Shown in pieces: positions 44,857 through 53,646 of a stretch of 64,000 nt of DNA. The notes beneath the pieces were generated by a model that did not search any database, was not told where the DNA came from, and worked only from the letters and a program-made list of their open reading frames with translations. The DNA comes from an uncultured Mycoplasmatota bacterium (GTDB lineage: Bacteria; Bacillota_I; Bacilli_A; RF39; UBA660): contig CAMMBL010000001.1 of the NCBI GenBank assembly GCA_946494015.1, positions 1,699 to 65,698 on the forward strand, in the 5' to 3' direction. Both the position numbers and the translations under genes were made by a program. Positions within the stretch are counted from its first letter, which is position 1, and the number at the start of each line of letters is the position of its first letter.

Positions 44857-46788
44857 ATGGAAAAGAAATTTTTTAATAAGAGGAAAAAATTTACTAAAGA
44901 AAAAATAGAAGATTATGATTTTAAAGAAATATCTTTAACCAAAATGGCTAAAAGACAATTATTTGTAACTTTACTATCAATATTAGGAGTAACGATAATA
45001 TCCTTAGGGAGTGCCTATGCGGTATTTACATCAATCTCAAAATCAGCAGATTATAATGTAATAAAAGTAGGAACATTAAATATAGATTTTGGAGAAGATG
45101 GAAATAATACAATAGATTTAAGTAATCAATATCCAGTTAGTGATGAAGAAGGACTAACACTAGCGCCATATACATTTACAATAACAAACACAGGAACGCT
45201 AGCAGCAGATTATGAAGTATTTTTACAAGATGATGAAAATATGATAAGTGAAGATAATTGTTCAGATAAACAATTAAACAAAGATTATATAAAATATAAA
45301 TTAGATACAAAAGAACCAGCCATATTATCAAGTATAGCAGCAAGTAATTATAAATTAGCAGAAGGAACCTTACAACCAAGTGGAAGTGTAACCTATGTTT
45401 TATATGTCTGGATAAGAGAAGGAGTAGGAAATGATGTATTAGGAAAACATTATCATGGTAAGATAGTAGTAAATGGAGTAAATAGCAGTGGAGAACCAGC
45501 AAATGAAGTAGTATTGGAAAATATAGGAGAAAATGGAAGTACCTATGATGATGGAACAGATACCTTTATAACAGGAACAGATCCAAATAATTATGTATGG
45601 TATAGTGGGAAGTTATGGAGAGCAGTATCTATTAATAATGAAGCGAAAACAACAAAATTAGTAACGGAGTGGAATATAAGTGCAATTATCTATTCAAGTG
45701 GAAGTACAGCCTTTGAAGGAAGTTATATGGAAGAATGGTTAAATGATACAAGTGTAGATGGCTTCTTAGGTAATTTAAGAGAACCAGAAAAATTTATTGA
45801 AACCAATGCAAAATGGGATGCAACAATGGATTCAACTGATTTGGGTAGTATTCAAAAACCAAAAGGGACAACAATAGTAAACAATGCTGTAGGACTACTA
45901 AATATGTATGAATATCAATCTAGTAATAATGGCGGAACAGCTGGTTATTTAAATAATGGACTTAATTGGATGACTTTAACACCGTATAATACGTCTGACG
46001 TGCGTTACGTCGACTTAGATGGCGGCGCGGACTACTTCACTCCTACTGTCCCAGACGGTGTTCGTCCATCCATAAATCTAAAATCTAGCATTAAAATCGT
46101 AGATGGTGATGGAACGATAGATAATCCATACAGATTAAATGGAGATAATGACACTAATCTTTCAGGAACATTTCTTTCAAGTAGATATAGTGGAGAATAC
46201 ATCCGCTTTGGAAATGATGAAAATAATCTATATAGAATAGTAAGCCATGAAACGGATGGGTTAACTAAAATAGTCAGTGCCCAACCATTAAAGAGTTCTG
46301 GTGAATTTATAAGAAGTGCATTTGGCAGTAATGTAACATTTTCAAGTGCAAATATAATCGGTAATTTTCTAAATGGCGAATACTTAAATAGTTATGTAGA
46401 TAGTAAATATAGAGATATGATAGAAGACGAGACAGTATGGTATCTTGGAACAGTAGGAAATAGTGCATCATATAAATTAGCCAAGTATACAGATGCAACT
46501 GGCACTACATTAACATCAAGTGTAACGACAGCGAAAGTAGGACTTTTGAGAATGGGAGAATTAATGGCGGGACAATTTTCAGCATATGGAAATAATAAAG
46601 AATATTGGTTATTAACACCAAGTGATGCGTCTAACGTGCGTAACGCCGGCAACAATGGCGACGCGAACGACTTCGGTCCGACTTTTGCTTACGGGGTTCG
46701 ACCATCCATAAATCTAAAATCTAACGTCGAGATAACCTCAGGAACAGGAACTGAATCTGATCCGTTCGTTCTGACTCTAGGAAGTTAG
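44857..46788 (+). CDS. DGR target (variable) protein: membrane-anchored surface protein with two tandem C-terminal-type domains, each carrying a variable repeat
   Basis: N-terminal TM (LFVTLLSILGVTIISLGSAYAV). Two duplicated ~50-aa segments (...NTSDVRYVDLDGGADYFTPTVPDGVRPSINLKS... and ...DASNVRNAGNNGDANDFGPTFAYGVRPSINLKS...) correspond to VR1 and VR2. Confidence 0.8.
   Translation: MEKKFFNKRKKFTKEKIEDYDFKEISLTKMAKRQLFVTLLSILGVTIISLGSAYAVFTSISKSADYNVIKVGTLNIDFGEDGNNTIDLSNQYPVSDEEGLTLAPYTFTITNTGTLAADYEVFLQDDENMISEDNCSDKQLNKDYIKYKLDTKEPAILSSIAASNYKLAEGTLQPSGSVTYVLYVWIREGVGNDVLGKHYHGKIVVNGVNSSGEPANEVVLENIGENGSTYDDGTDTFITGTDPNNYVWYSGKLWRAVSINNEAKTTKLVTEWNISAIIYSSGSTAFEGSYMEEWLNDTSVDGFLGNLREPEKFIETNAKWDATMDSTDLGSIQKPKGTTIVNNAVGLLNMYEYQSSNNGGTAGYLNNGLNWMTLTPYNTSDVRYVDLDGGADYFTPTVPDGVRPSINLKSSIKIVDGDGTIDNPYRLNGDNDTNLSGTFLSSRYSGEYIRFGNDENNLYRIVSHETDGLTKIVSAQPLKSSGEFIRSAFGSNVTFSSANIIGNFLNGEYLNSYVDSKYRDMIEDETVWYLGTVGNSASYKLAKYTDATGTTLTSSVTTAKVGLLRMGELMAGQFSAYGNNKEYWLLTPSDASNVRNAGNNGDANDFGPTFAYGVRPSINLKSNVEITSGTGTESDPFVLTLGS
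45989..46095 (+). repeat. DGR variable repeat 1 (more diverged from TR) with the same downstream 22-bp sequence as VR2 (candidate IMH)
   Basis: Aligns to TR; most mismatches fall at TR adenines (AAC codons become GAC/TAC/TTC), with a few non-A differences. Followed by CCATCCATAAATCTAAAATCTA, identical to the sequence after VR2. Confidence 0.5.
46627..46722 (+). repeat. DGR variable repeat 2 with downstream candidate IMH, at the 3' end of the target gene
   Basis: 73-bp core versus TR: 11 mismatches, 9 at TR adenines. TR AAC codons appear as GGC, GAC, TTC, TAC. Followed by CCATCCATAAATCTAAAATCTA. Confidence 0.75.
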
Positions 46789-46789
46789 A

Positions 46790-46830
46790 TGTCAGTAATC
46801 TAGGTAATGTATTTTCTAGATTACTGACTA
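46790..46830 (+). terminator. 13-bp perfect hairpin right after the target stop codon (terminator and/or DGR-associated stem-loop)
   Basis: GTCAGTAATCTAG-gtaatgtattttc-CTAGATTACTGAC. Confidence 0.55.
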
Positions 46831-46883
46831 ATTAAATTTGGCTATAATTAGATTAAATAAATTATAGTAGGGAATTACCATTA

Positions 46884-46968
46884 GTACGTCTAACGTGCGT
46901 AACGTCAACAACAATGGCGACGCGAACAACAACACTCCGACTAATGCTAACGGGGTTCGCCATTTCCT
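46884..46968 (+). repeat. DGR template repeat, adenine-rich at positions variable in the VRs; candidate IMH* follows
   Basis: ACGTCTAACGTGCGTAACGTCAACAACAATGGCGACGCGAACAACAACACTCCGACTAATGCTAACGGGGTTCG followed by CCATTTCCTTTTAAACCTAGCA, which differs from the sequence downstream of the VRs. Confidence 0.72.
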
Positions 46969-47241
46969 TTTAAACCTAGCATTATAGATAAGTCTATATA
47001 GAATAGATAAAAGGAACAGGTAATTTCCTTGTGTTAAAACACTAAAGACTAGATAGATAATAGAATTATAATTACTTATGAAACTATTTATACACTATCT
47101 GACCCTATAAAACTAAAGGAAAGATAAATCCAATAGTTTATGTCAAGTATAATAGTAAATTTATGTAAACTGTATAAATTTACAAATATGCTTGATTTTT
47201 TTTTTGATATGTTAAGGGAAAGATAGGAGAGTGTTAAATTT

Positions 47242-47466
47242 ATGAATAATAGTTTGGTTTATTTTAAACGTAAAGGAGTAATGATTTACGTAAGTAGAAA
47301 TGATAGTTACATTATTAGTTATTTATTAGATAAACCTTATAAAGATACATTCTATATTGAAAGAACTTCAATGAATAAGTTAATATCTTTACTTAATAAA
47401 TGCCATATTAATTATTATTATAATAATGTGTTATCTTTAAAGATAATAAATATTCTAAGTATCTAG
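47242..47466 (+). CDS. Small hypothetical ORF inside the DGR cassette (may be non-coding spacer)
   Basis: ORF only. Confidence 0.25.
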   Translation: MNNSLVYFKRKGVMIYVSRNDSYIISYLLDKPYKDTFYIERTSMNKLISLLNKCHINYYYNNVLSLKIINILSI

Positions 47467-47571
47467 AATATGGTAAATTAGTCTTTAGAATAGATAAATT
47501 ATCTACTAACTTAAAGAATTGTTTATACCTAGATAATATAGAAGAAATTATTTCTAAGATGGAGAAATTCT

Positions 47572-47913
47572 ATGAGTAATTTTTTCCTTGAAAATAAAAT
47601 TAAAGAAATAAATATAATTACTGATAAAATAATTTTAAATATTAATAATAAATATAAAACTACTAAGAATAGTATTATAGATTCTAATTATAAATTACTT
47701 TATTATTTGTATTATACTAATACTTTAGAAAAACCTAAAAGAATCTATATTCAAAGAAAAATGTTAGTAGAAGTTAAATTGTTAGATTATTACTATTATA
47801 AGATTTATACTTATAAAGAAATATCTAAAGATAAGTATATATCTATAAGTAAGAAATATATTACTATTACTAAATTAATATATGGATGGATTAAAAGTGA
47901 AAGTAGAGTTTAG
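47572..47913 (+). CDS. Candidate DGR accessory variability determinant (Avd-like, 113 aa)
   Basis: Size, position just upstream of and overlapping the RT, and a YYLYY...LEKPKRIYIQRKML segment resembling the Avd YLYP...IPRK...R..FL region. Confidence 0.4.
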   Translation: MSNFFLENKIKEINIITDKIILNINNKYKTTKNSIIDSNYKLLYYLYYTNTLEKPKRIYIQRKMLVEVKLLDYYYYKIYTYKEISKDKYISISKKYITITKLIYGWIKSESRV

Positions 47914-48835
47914 CGATATAGAAGATGCTTACTTAAAGATAAGAAAATCTATTAGAAATAAGAAAAATTTATATCGCTTTGAAAAGAATTATTATAGTAA
48001 TTGTAATATCTTAGTAGATAAAATTAATAATGGTAATTATATCTATAGTAATTATCATATCTTTACTATAATAGAGAAAAAGATGCGACTTATTATGAGT
48101 AGTACTTTAGAAGATAAAATAGTTAATCATGTTATCTGTAATAAAATTTTACTACCTTTAGATAAATACTTAATAGATAGTAATTGTGCTACTAGAATTG
48201 GTAGAGGTACTTCTTATGCTAGAAAATTATTAGATAAGTATCTTGTTAAGATTAAAAATAAATCTAATACTTTCTATATCCTTAAATTTGATTTTAGTAA
48301 GTACTTTTATAATATTAATCATAAAGTATTACTTAAAAAGTTAAGTAAATACTTAAATAATGAAGATTTATTATTAATTAAAGATATTTTAAATACTACT
48401 AATTATGATTATATTAATAATACTATAGATAAATTAAGAATAAATACTTTCTATAATAAAGATACTGGCTTACCTATAGGTAATTATACTTCTCAGTTTC
48501 TTGCAGTGTTTTATCTTAATGACTTAGATCACTATATTAAAGAAAAATTAGGCTGTAAATACTATATTAGATATATGGATGATGGTATTATTATAGATAG
48601 TAATAAAGAAAGACTAAAAGATATTTTAAAAATATTAGAAACTATTATTAAAGATGAATATCTATTAGAATTTAATAATAAGACTAAAATATATAAAAGT
48701 ACAGAAGGGTTTACTTTTCTAGGTATCAATTATAAAGTTAAAAATAATAAGATTTATAGAAAAATAATTAGTAAGACTAGAAAAAGATTAGTTAAGAAGA
48801 ATATTAAATATTATTTAAAATACGAAAAATTATAA
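47882..48835 (+). CDS. DGR reverse transcriptase
   Basis: RT motifs KKMRLIMSSTLEDKIVNHV, RIGRGTSYA, ILKFDFSKYFYNINH, catalytic YIRYMDDGII (YxDD); the DGR-specific IGNYTSQ (IGxxxSQ) motif; ~317 aa. Confidence 0.85.
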   Translation: MDGLKVKVEFSDIEDAYLKIRKSIRNKKNLYRFEKNYYSNCNILVDKINNGNYIYSNYHIFTIIEKKMRLIMSSTLEDKIVNHVICNKILLPLDKYLIDSNCATRIGRGTSYARKLLDKYLVKIKNKSNTFYILKFDFSKYFYNINHKVLLKKLSKYLNNEDLLLIKDILNTTNYDYINNTIDKLRINTFYNKDTGLPIGNYTSQFLAVFYLNDLDHYIKEKLGCKYYIRYMDDGIIIDSNKERLKDILKILETIIKDEYLLEFNNKTKIYKSTEGFTFLGINYKVKNNKIYRKIISKTRKRLVKKNIKYYLKYEKL

Positions 48836-48886
48836 TTTGTTCTTTTCTAATTATTATTATATAATAAATAAAAGGAGAGATGATTT

Positions 48887-50071
48887 ATGCTATTATTAGC
48901 TGTTAATTCTGGTAGTAGTACTTTAAAATTTAGATTATATGAGATGCCAGAAGAAAAAGTTATTACTAAAGGAAGTTTTGAACGGATTGGCTCTGTTGAT
49001 AGTGATTATACTATTAGAATTAATAATGAAAAAATATATGTAAAAAAAGAAATTAAAACTCATAAAGACGCTGTTGATATTTTATTAACAGAACTTGTGG
49101 AAAAAAATATTGTTAAAAGTCTTGATAATATTAAAGCAGTAGGACATAGAATAGTCCATGGAGGTTCACTATATTCTCATTCTGTTATTATTACTGATAG
49201 AGTAATTAATGAACTTGAAAATATAGAAGATTTAGCTCCTTTACATAATCCCGCTGCTATTAGTGGAATTAAAGCTTTTATTGAAGAAATACCTAGTGCT
49301 ACTATGGTTGCTTGTTTTGATACTGCTTTTCATCAAACTATTAAAGAAAAAGATTTTTTATATCCAGTTCCTTATGAATGGTATGTAAAATATGGTGTTA
49401 GAAAATATGGTTTTCATGGTTTGTCACATCAATATATAACTAATAAAATGAAAGGTATAATTGGTTTTGATGGTAATTTAATTATTTGTCATATAGGTAA
49501 TGGTGCAAGCATTACGGCTGTAAAAGAAGGAATATGTATTGATACTTCTATGGGATTTACTCCTAATGCTGGTATTATGATGGGAACTAGAAGTGGTGAT
49601 ATTGATTATAGTCTTATTGGTTATATTATGAAAAAAACAGGTTTATCATATACTGATATAGATACAATATTAAATAAAAAAAGTGGTCTTGAAGGTATTG
49701 CTGGTATGAGTGATTTACGAGATATAGATAGAGCTTATCTTGCTAAAGAAAATAAAGTAATACTTGCTATAGATATGTATACAGAACGTATTGCTGAATA
49801 TATTGCTAAATACTTCTTAAAGCTTGGTAAAGTAGATGGTATTGTATTTACAGCCGGAGGAGGAGAAAATGATCCTATTATTAGAAAAGAAGTTCTTAAT
49901 AAATTAAAACCTTTAGGAGTAGAACTTGATGAGAAATTAAATGAAGAAACTATTGTTAGAAAAGATAAAGAAGGACTTATTACTACTAAAGATTCATCTA
50001 TTGCAAGTTATGTCTTATCAACTGATGAAGAATTAGTAATTGCTAGAGATACTTATAATTTATCTAAGTAA
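48887..50071 (+). CDS. ackA: Acetate kinase (paralog 1)
   Basis: N-terminal LAVNSGSSTLKF; acetokinase family motifs. Confidence 0.88.
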   Translation: MLLLAVNSGSSTLKFRLYEMPEEKVITKGSFERIGSVDSDYTIRINNEKIYVKKEIKTHKDAVDILLTELVEKNIVKSLDNIKAVGHRIVHGGSLYSHSVIITDRVINELENIEDLAPLHNPAAISGIKAFIEEIPSATMVACFDTAFHQTIKEKDFLYPVPYEWYVKYGVRKYGFHGLSHQYITNKMKGIIGFDGNLIICHIGNGASITAVKEGICIDTSMGFTPNAGIMMGTRSGDIDYSLIGYIMKKTGLSYTDIDTILNKKSGLEGIAGMSDLRDIDRAYLAKENKVILAIDMYTERIAEYIAKYFLKLGKVDGIVFTAGGGENDPIIRKEVLNKLKPLGVELDEKLNEETIVRKDKEGLITTKDSSIASYVLSTDEELVIARDTYNLSK

Positions 50072-50074
50072 TAA

Positions 50075-50106
50075 AATAACTTGCTAAAAGCAAGTTGTTT
50101 TATTTT
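50075..50106 (+). terminator. Rho-independent terminator
   Basis: AACTTGCT-aaaa-GCAAGTT then TTTTATTTT. Confidence 0.65.
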
Positions 50107-50192
50107 AAATAATACCTTCTTATCAACTTTCTTGCCTAATACTTTGAAAATATAGTATAATACTAATAGATTTAAAGAAAGAAGGAATAATT

Positions 50193-51368
50193 ATGAAAAT
50201 AATGTCTGTTAATGCTGGAAGTAGTTCATTAAAATTTAGTCTATTTAATATGGATCAAAAAGAAGTAATTGCTTCTGGTTATTTTGAACGTGTAGGATTA
50301 GAAGGTAGTTTTTATACAATTAAATATAATGGAGATAAAATAAAAGAAGAAGTAGAAATGCCAAATCATACAGTAGCAGTTGAAGTAATGTTAGATCGTT
50401 TAATAACTTTAGGTATTATTAAATCTTTAGAGGAAATAGATGGAATTGGACATAGAATTGTTCATGGCTATACTTATGATCATTCAGTTATTATTACTGA
50501 TAAAGTAATAGAAGATATCAAATCATATGCTGATTTCGCTCCTTTACATAATCCCGCTCATATTCTAGGTATAGAAGCTTGTAAAAAATCATTACCTAAT
50601 GTTCCTATGGTAGCAGTTTTTGATACTGCTTTCCATCAAACTATGCCAAAAGAAAACTATATATATCCAGTTCCTTACAGTTGGTATGAAAATTATGGAG
50701 TACGTAAATATGGTGCTCATGGAACTAGTCATAAATATATTTCTAAACGCTTAAGTGAAATTATGAATACTAAAGATTTAAAAGTAATAGTATGTCATTT
50801 AGGAAGTGGTTGTTCTTTAAGTGCCATTAAAAATGGTATTTGTCTTGATACTTCTATGGGCTTTACTCCTTTAGCTGGTGTTATGATGGGAACTAGAAGT
50901 GGTGATGTAGATCCTTCTATTATTCCTTATGTAATGGAAAAAGAAGGCTTAAATGCTAAAGAAGTAGTTGATATGTTAAATAAAAAATCAGGACTTTTAG
51001 GAGTTAGTGAAAAATATAGTGATTACCGTGATATTAGAAAAGCTATGGAAGAAGGCGATGAACAAGCTATTTTAGCTAATAAAATATTTGTTAATACTGT
51101 AGTAAAATATATTGCTAATTATTATGTAGAACTTGAAGGAATTGATGCTTTAGTATTTACAGCTGGCTTAGGAGAAAATAGTTCCCCAGCTCGTCATGAT
51201 ATCGTTTCTAAATTAGGTATATTAGGTATAAGTATTGATGAAGAAAAAAATAATATAACAGGAGAAGAAGTAGAGCTTACTGGAAAAGATTCTAAAGTTA
51301 AAGTTTATGCTATTCCAACTAATGAAGAATTAATGATTGCTCTTGAAACTTTAAATTTAATTAGATAG
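50193..51368 (+). CDS. ackA: Acetate kinase (paralog 2)
   Basis: MSVNAGSSSLKF; acetokinase family. Confidence 0.88.
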   Translation: MKIMSVNAGSSSLKFSLFNMDQKEVIASGYFERVGLEGSFYTIKYNGDKIKEEVEMPNHTVAVEVMLDRLITLGIIKSLEEIDGIGHRIVHGYTYDHSVIITDKVIEDIKSYADFAPLHNPAHILGIEACKKSLPNVPMVAVFDTAFHQTMPKENYIYPVPYSWYENYGVRKYGAHGTSHKYISKRLSEIMNTKDLKVIVCHLGSGCSLSAIKNGICLDTSMGFTPLAGVMMGTRSGDVDPSIIPYVMEKEGLNAKEVVDMLNKKSGLLGVSEKYSDYRDIRKAMEEGDEQAILANKIFVNTVVKYIANYYVELEGIDALVFTAGLGENSSPARHDIVSKLGILGISIDEEKNNITGEEVELTGKDSKVKVYAIPTNEELMIALETLNLIR

Positions 51369-51377
51369 GAAATAACT

Positions 51378-52337
51378 ATGTTTAAAAAAATATTTAAAGA
51401 AATAAAAAAATATAATACAATTGTTATTGCTAGACATATTGGAGTAGATCCAGATGCTCTAGCAAGTCAATTAGCTTTAAAAGAATCTATTAAATTAACT
51501 TTTCCTAAAAAAAATGTTTATGCTGTAGGGAATGGTTCTAGTAAATTTTCTTATATGGGAAAATTAGATAAACAAGAAGACTTTAATAACTTTCTTTTAA
51601 TAGTTTTAGATACCCCAGATAAAAAAAGAATAGACTATCATAATTATAAAAATGCTACGCAAATTATAAAAATAGATCATCATCCTTTTATTGAAGACTT
51701 TAATGGACTTGAATATATAGATGATAAAGCTAGTAGTACTTGTGAAATTTTAATGGAATTAATACTAAAAACAAAATTAAAATGTAATGATAATATTGCT
51801 AAACTATTATATTATGGATTAGTATCAGATTCTAATCGTTTTCTTTTTGATAGTTCCACTTCTAAAACTTTTAATTTAGTAAGTATTTATTTAAATAATT
51901 ATAATATTAAACTATCAAATATATATACAGACCTATATTTAAGACCTTTAAAAGAAGTAAGATTACAAGGTTATATTTCTCTAAATATGAAAGTAACTGA
52001 TAATGGAGTTGCTTATATTATCTTAACAAATGATATAATAACAAAATTTAAAGCTGATAGTGCCTCAGCTGGAAATATGATTAATAACTTTAATTTTATC
52101 GATGAAATTTTAGTGTGGATTATAGTAACAGAAGATTTAAAAAATAATAATATTAGAGTAAATATTAGAAGTAGAGGTCCTGAAATTAATAAAATAGCTG
52201 AAAAATATAATGGGGGAGGACATACTCTTGCTAGTGGAGCTAGATTATCATCAATAAAAGAAGCTGAAAACTTAATTAGTGATATAGATTACTTAACAGA
52301 AAAATATATAAGGAGATACGAACATGAAAATAAATAG
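51378..52337 (+). CDS. DHH-family phosphoesterase (NrnA-like nanoRNase/pAp phosphatase)
   Basis: DHH region (IDHH) and DHHA1 GGGH motif. Confidence 0.78.
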   Translation: MFKKIFKEIKKYNTIVIARHIGVDPDALASQLALKESIKLTFPKKNVYAVGNGSSKFSYMGKLDKQEDFNNFLLIVLDTPDKKRIDYHNYKNATQIIKIDHHPFIEDFNGLEYIDDKASSTCEILMELILKTKLKCNDNIAKLLYYGLVSDSNRFLFDSSTSKTFNLVSIYLNNYNIKLSNIYTDLYLRPLKEVRLQGYISLNMKVTDNGVAYIILTNDIITKFKADSASAGNMINNFNFIDEILVWIIVTEDLKNNNIRVNIRSRGPEINKIAEKYNGGGHTLASGARLSSIKEAENLISDIDYLTEKYIRRYEHENK

Positions 52338-52917
52338 TGCTGAATTAAAAATAATGGCTACAAGACGTAGTCAATATCCTACCAATCACTATAGTGAATT
52401 CTTGTTAGTAGGAAGAAGTAATGTAGGTAAAAGTAGTTTTATTAATGCTATTTTAGATCGTAAAAATCTAGCAAGAACATCTTCTCATCCTGGAAAAACG
52501 CAAACATTAAACTTTTATGAAGTAAATAAAGAATTTTATATAATAGATGTTCCTGGTTATGGTTATGCTGAAGTAAGTAAAAAAACTAAAGAGAAGTTTG
52601 GAAAGATGATTGAAGAATATTTAGAAACAAGAAAAGAATTAAAAAGAGTTTTCATGTTAATAGATTTTCGTCATAAACCAACAGAAGATGATATATTAAT
52701 GTATAATTTCTTAAAATACTATAATCTTAAAGTAACAATAGTTGCTACTAAAGCTGATAAAATTGGTAGTAGTAAAAAAGAAAAATGTAAAAAACAAATA
52801 ACTGATACTCTTGATCTTGTAATGGGAGATAATTTAGTAATATTTTCAAGTGTAACTAAAGAAGGAAAAGAAGAAATATTAAAAACTATAGAAGGCTTAA
52901 TAATCGACACGATTTAA
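52324..52917 (+). CDS. engB: Ribosome biogenesis GTP-binding protein EngB/YsxC
   Basis: GRSNVGKSSFINAI G1 motif; EngB-like. Confidence 0.88.
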   Translation: MKINSAELKIMATRRSQYPTNHYSEFLLVGRSNVGKSSFINAILDRKNLARTSSHPGKTQTLNFYEVNKEFYIIDVPGYGYAEVSKKTKEKFGKMIEEYLETRKELKRVFMLIDFRHKPTEDDILMYNFLKYYNLKVTIVATKADKIGSSKKEKCKKQITDTLDLVMGDNLVIFSSVTKEGKEEILKTIEGLIIDTI

Positions 52918-52941
52918 GCCTTTTTACATACCTTATAATAG

Positions 52942-53349
52942 GTGTTGTTTATGAAATTAATTACTAAATCAAATGATTTTTCATACCTAATTATTCCAAC
53001 AACTCTCTATAAAGAAACAAAAGAAAAAACTATTTTAGAAATAAAAAAAATACTTATAAATTATAATAAAAGATATCAACTTCTAAATCCTGGTTATTAT
53101 GAAGTAAATGTTTATTATCATAAATTTATAGGTACTATTTTATCGATAGAAAAAATAGATAGTTTTGAATTTTCTTTAGAAACAGATTTAAAAATAGTTT
53201 TAAAAGATAAAATAAAAGTATTTTTAAAACTATTGAATCCTCTTGATTTTCCTAATTATAAAGAAGAAATAGATATAGAAGATTTAACTTATAAAGAGTT
53301 TCTTAATTTAATAGAGCATGCTACTTTAAATATAAAAAATGACAATTAA
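52942..53349 (+). CDS. Hypothetical protein
   Basis: ORF only. Confidence 0.4.
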   Translation: MLFMKLITKSNDFSYLIIPTTLYKETKEKTILEIKKILINYNKRYQLLNPGYYEVNVYYHKFIGTILSIEKIDSFEFSLETDLKIVLKDKIKVFLKLLNPLDFPNYKEEIDIEDLTYKEFLNLIEHATLNIKNDN

Positions 53350-53367
53350 AAAAGAGTAAATACTCTT

Positions 53368-53646
53368 TTATAGAACAATAGCAATCATATTATTAGAGCC
53401 TTTATTAACTACTTTAGAAAGAGTTTGTTGTAGTTTAAATCTAATATTATCTGGCATAGAATTAATCTTAGCTTGGATACCTTCTTGAACTATATTATCT
53501 AAACTACGACCAAATATTTCACTTTTCCAAATTTCACTAGGATTATTTTCATAATCTCTCATCAAATAATCAATTAACTCTTTACTTTGAACTTCACTAC
53601 CAATAATAGGTTCAAAAGTAGAATTAACATCAACTCTAATCATATG
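53368..53646 (-). CDS. spoIVA: Stage IV sporulation protein A, C-terminal fragment, separated from the N-terminal part by the intervening element
   Basis: Reads (H)MIRVDVNSTFEPIIGSEVQSKELIDYLMRDYENNPSEIWKSEIFGRSLDNIVQEGIQAKINSMPDNIRFKLQQTLSKVVNKGSNNMIAIVL, which matches the SpoIVA C-terminus as I recall it from Bacillus subtilis. Confidence 0.85.
   Translation of the reverse strand, partial: HMIRVDVNSTFEPIIGSEVQSKELIDYLMRDYENNPSEIWKSEIFGRSLDNIVQEGIQAKINSMPDNIRFKLQQTLSKVVNKGSNNMIAIVL

Noticed and set aside
45176-46655. Minus-strand ORFs 45176..45502, 46307..46498 and 46392..46655 inside the DGR target gene
   Set aside because: Antisense to a gene with clear signal/TM and domain structure; Leu/His-rich artefacts.
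46884-46968. Template repeat considered as a duplicated gene fragment or IS terminal repeat
   Set aside because: The differences from the gene copies are concentrated at template adenines, and an RT with the DGR motif lies nearby. A DGR template repeat explains this better than a random duplication.
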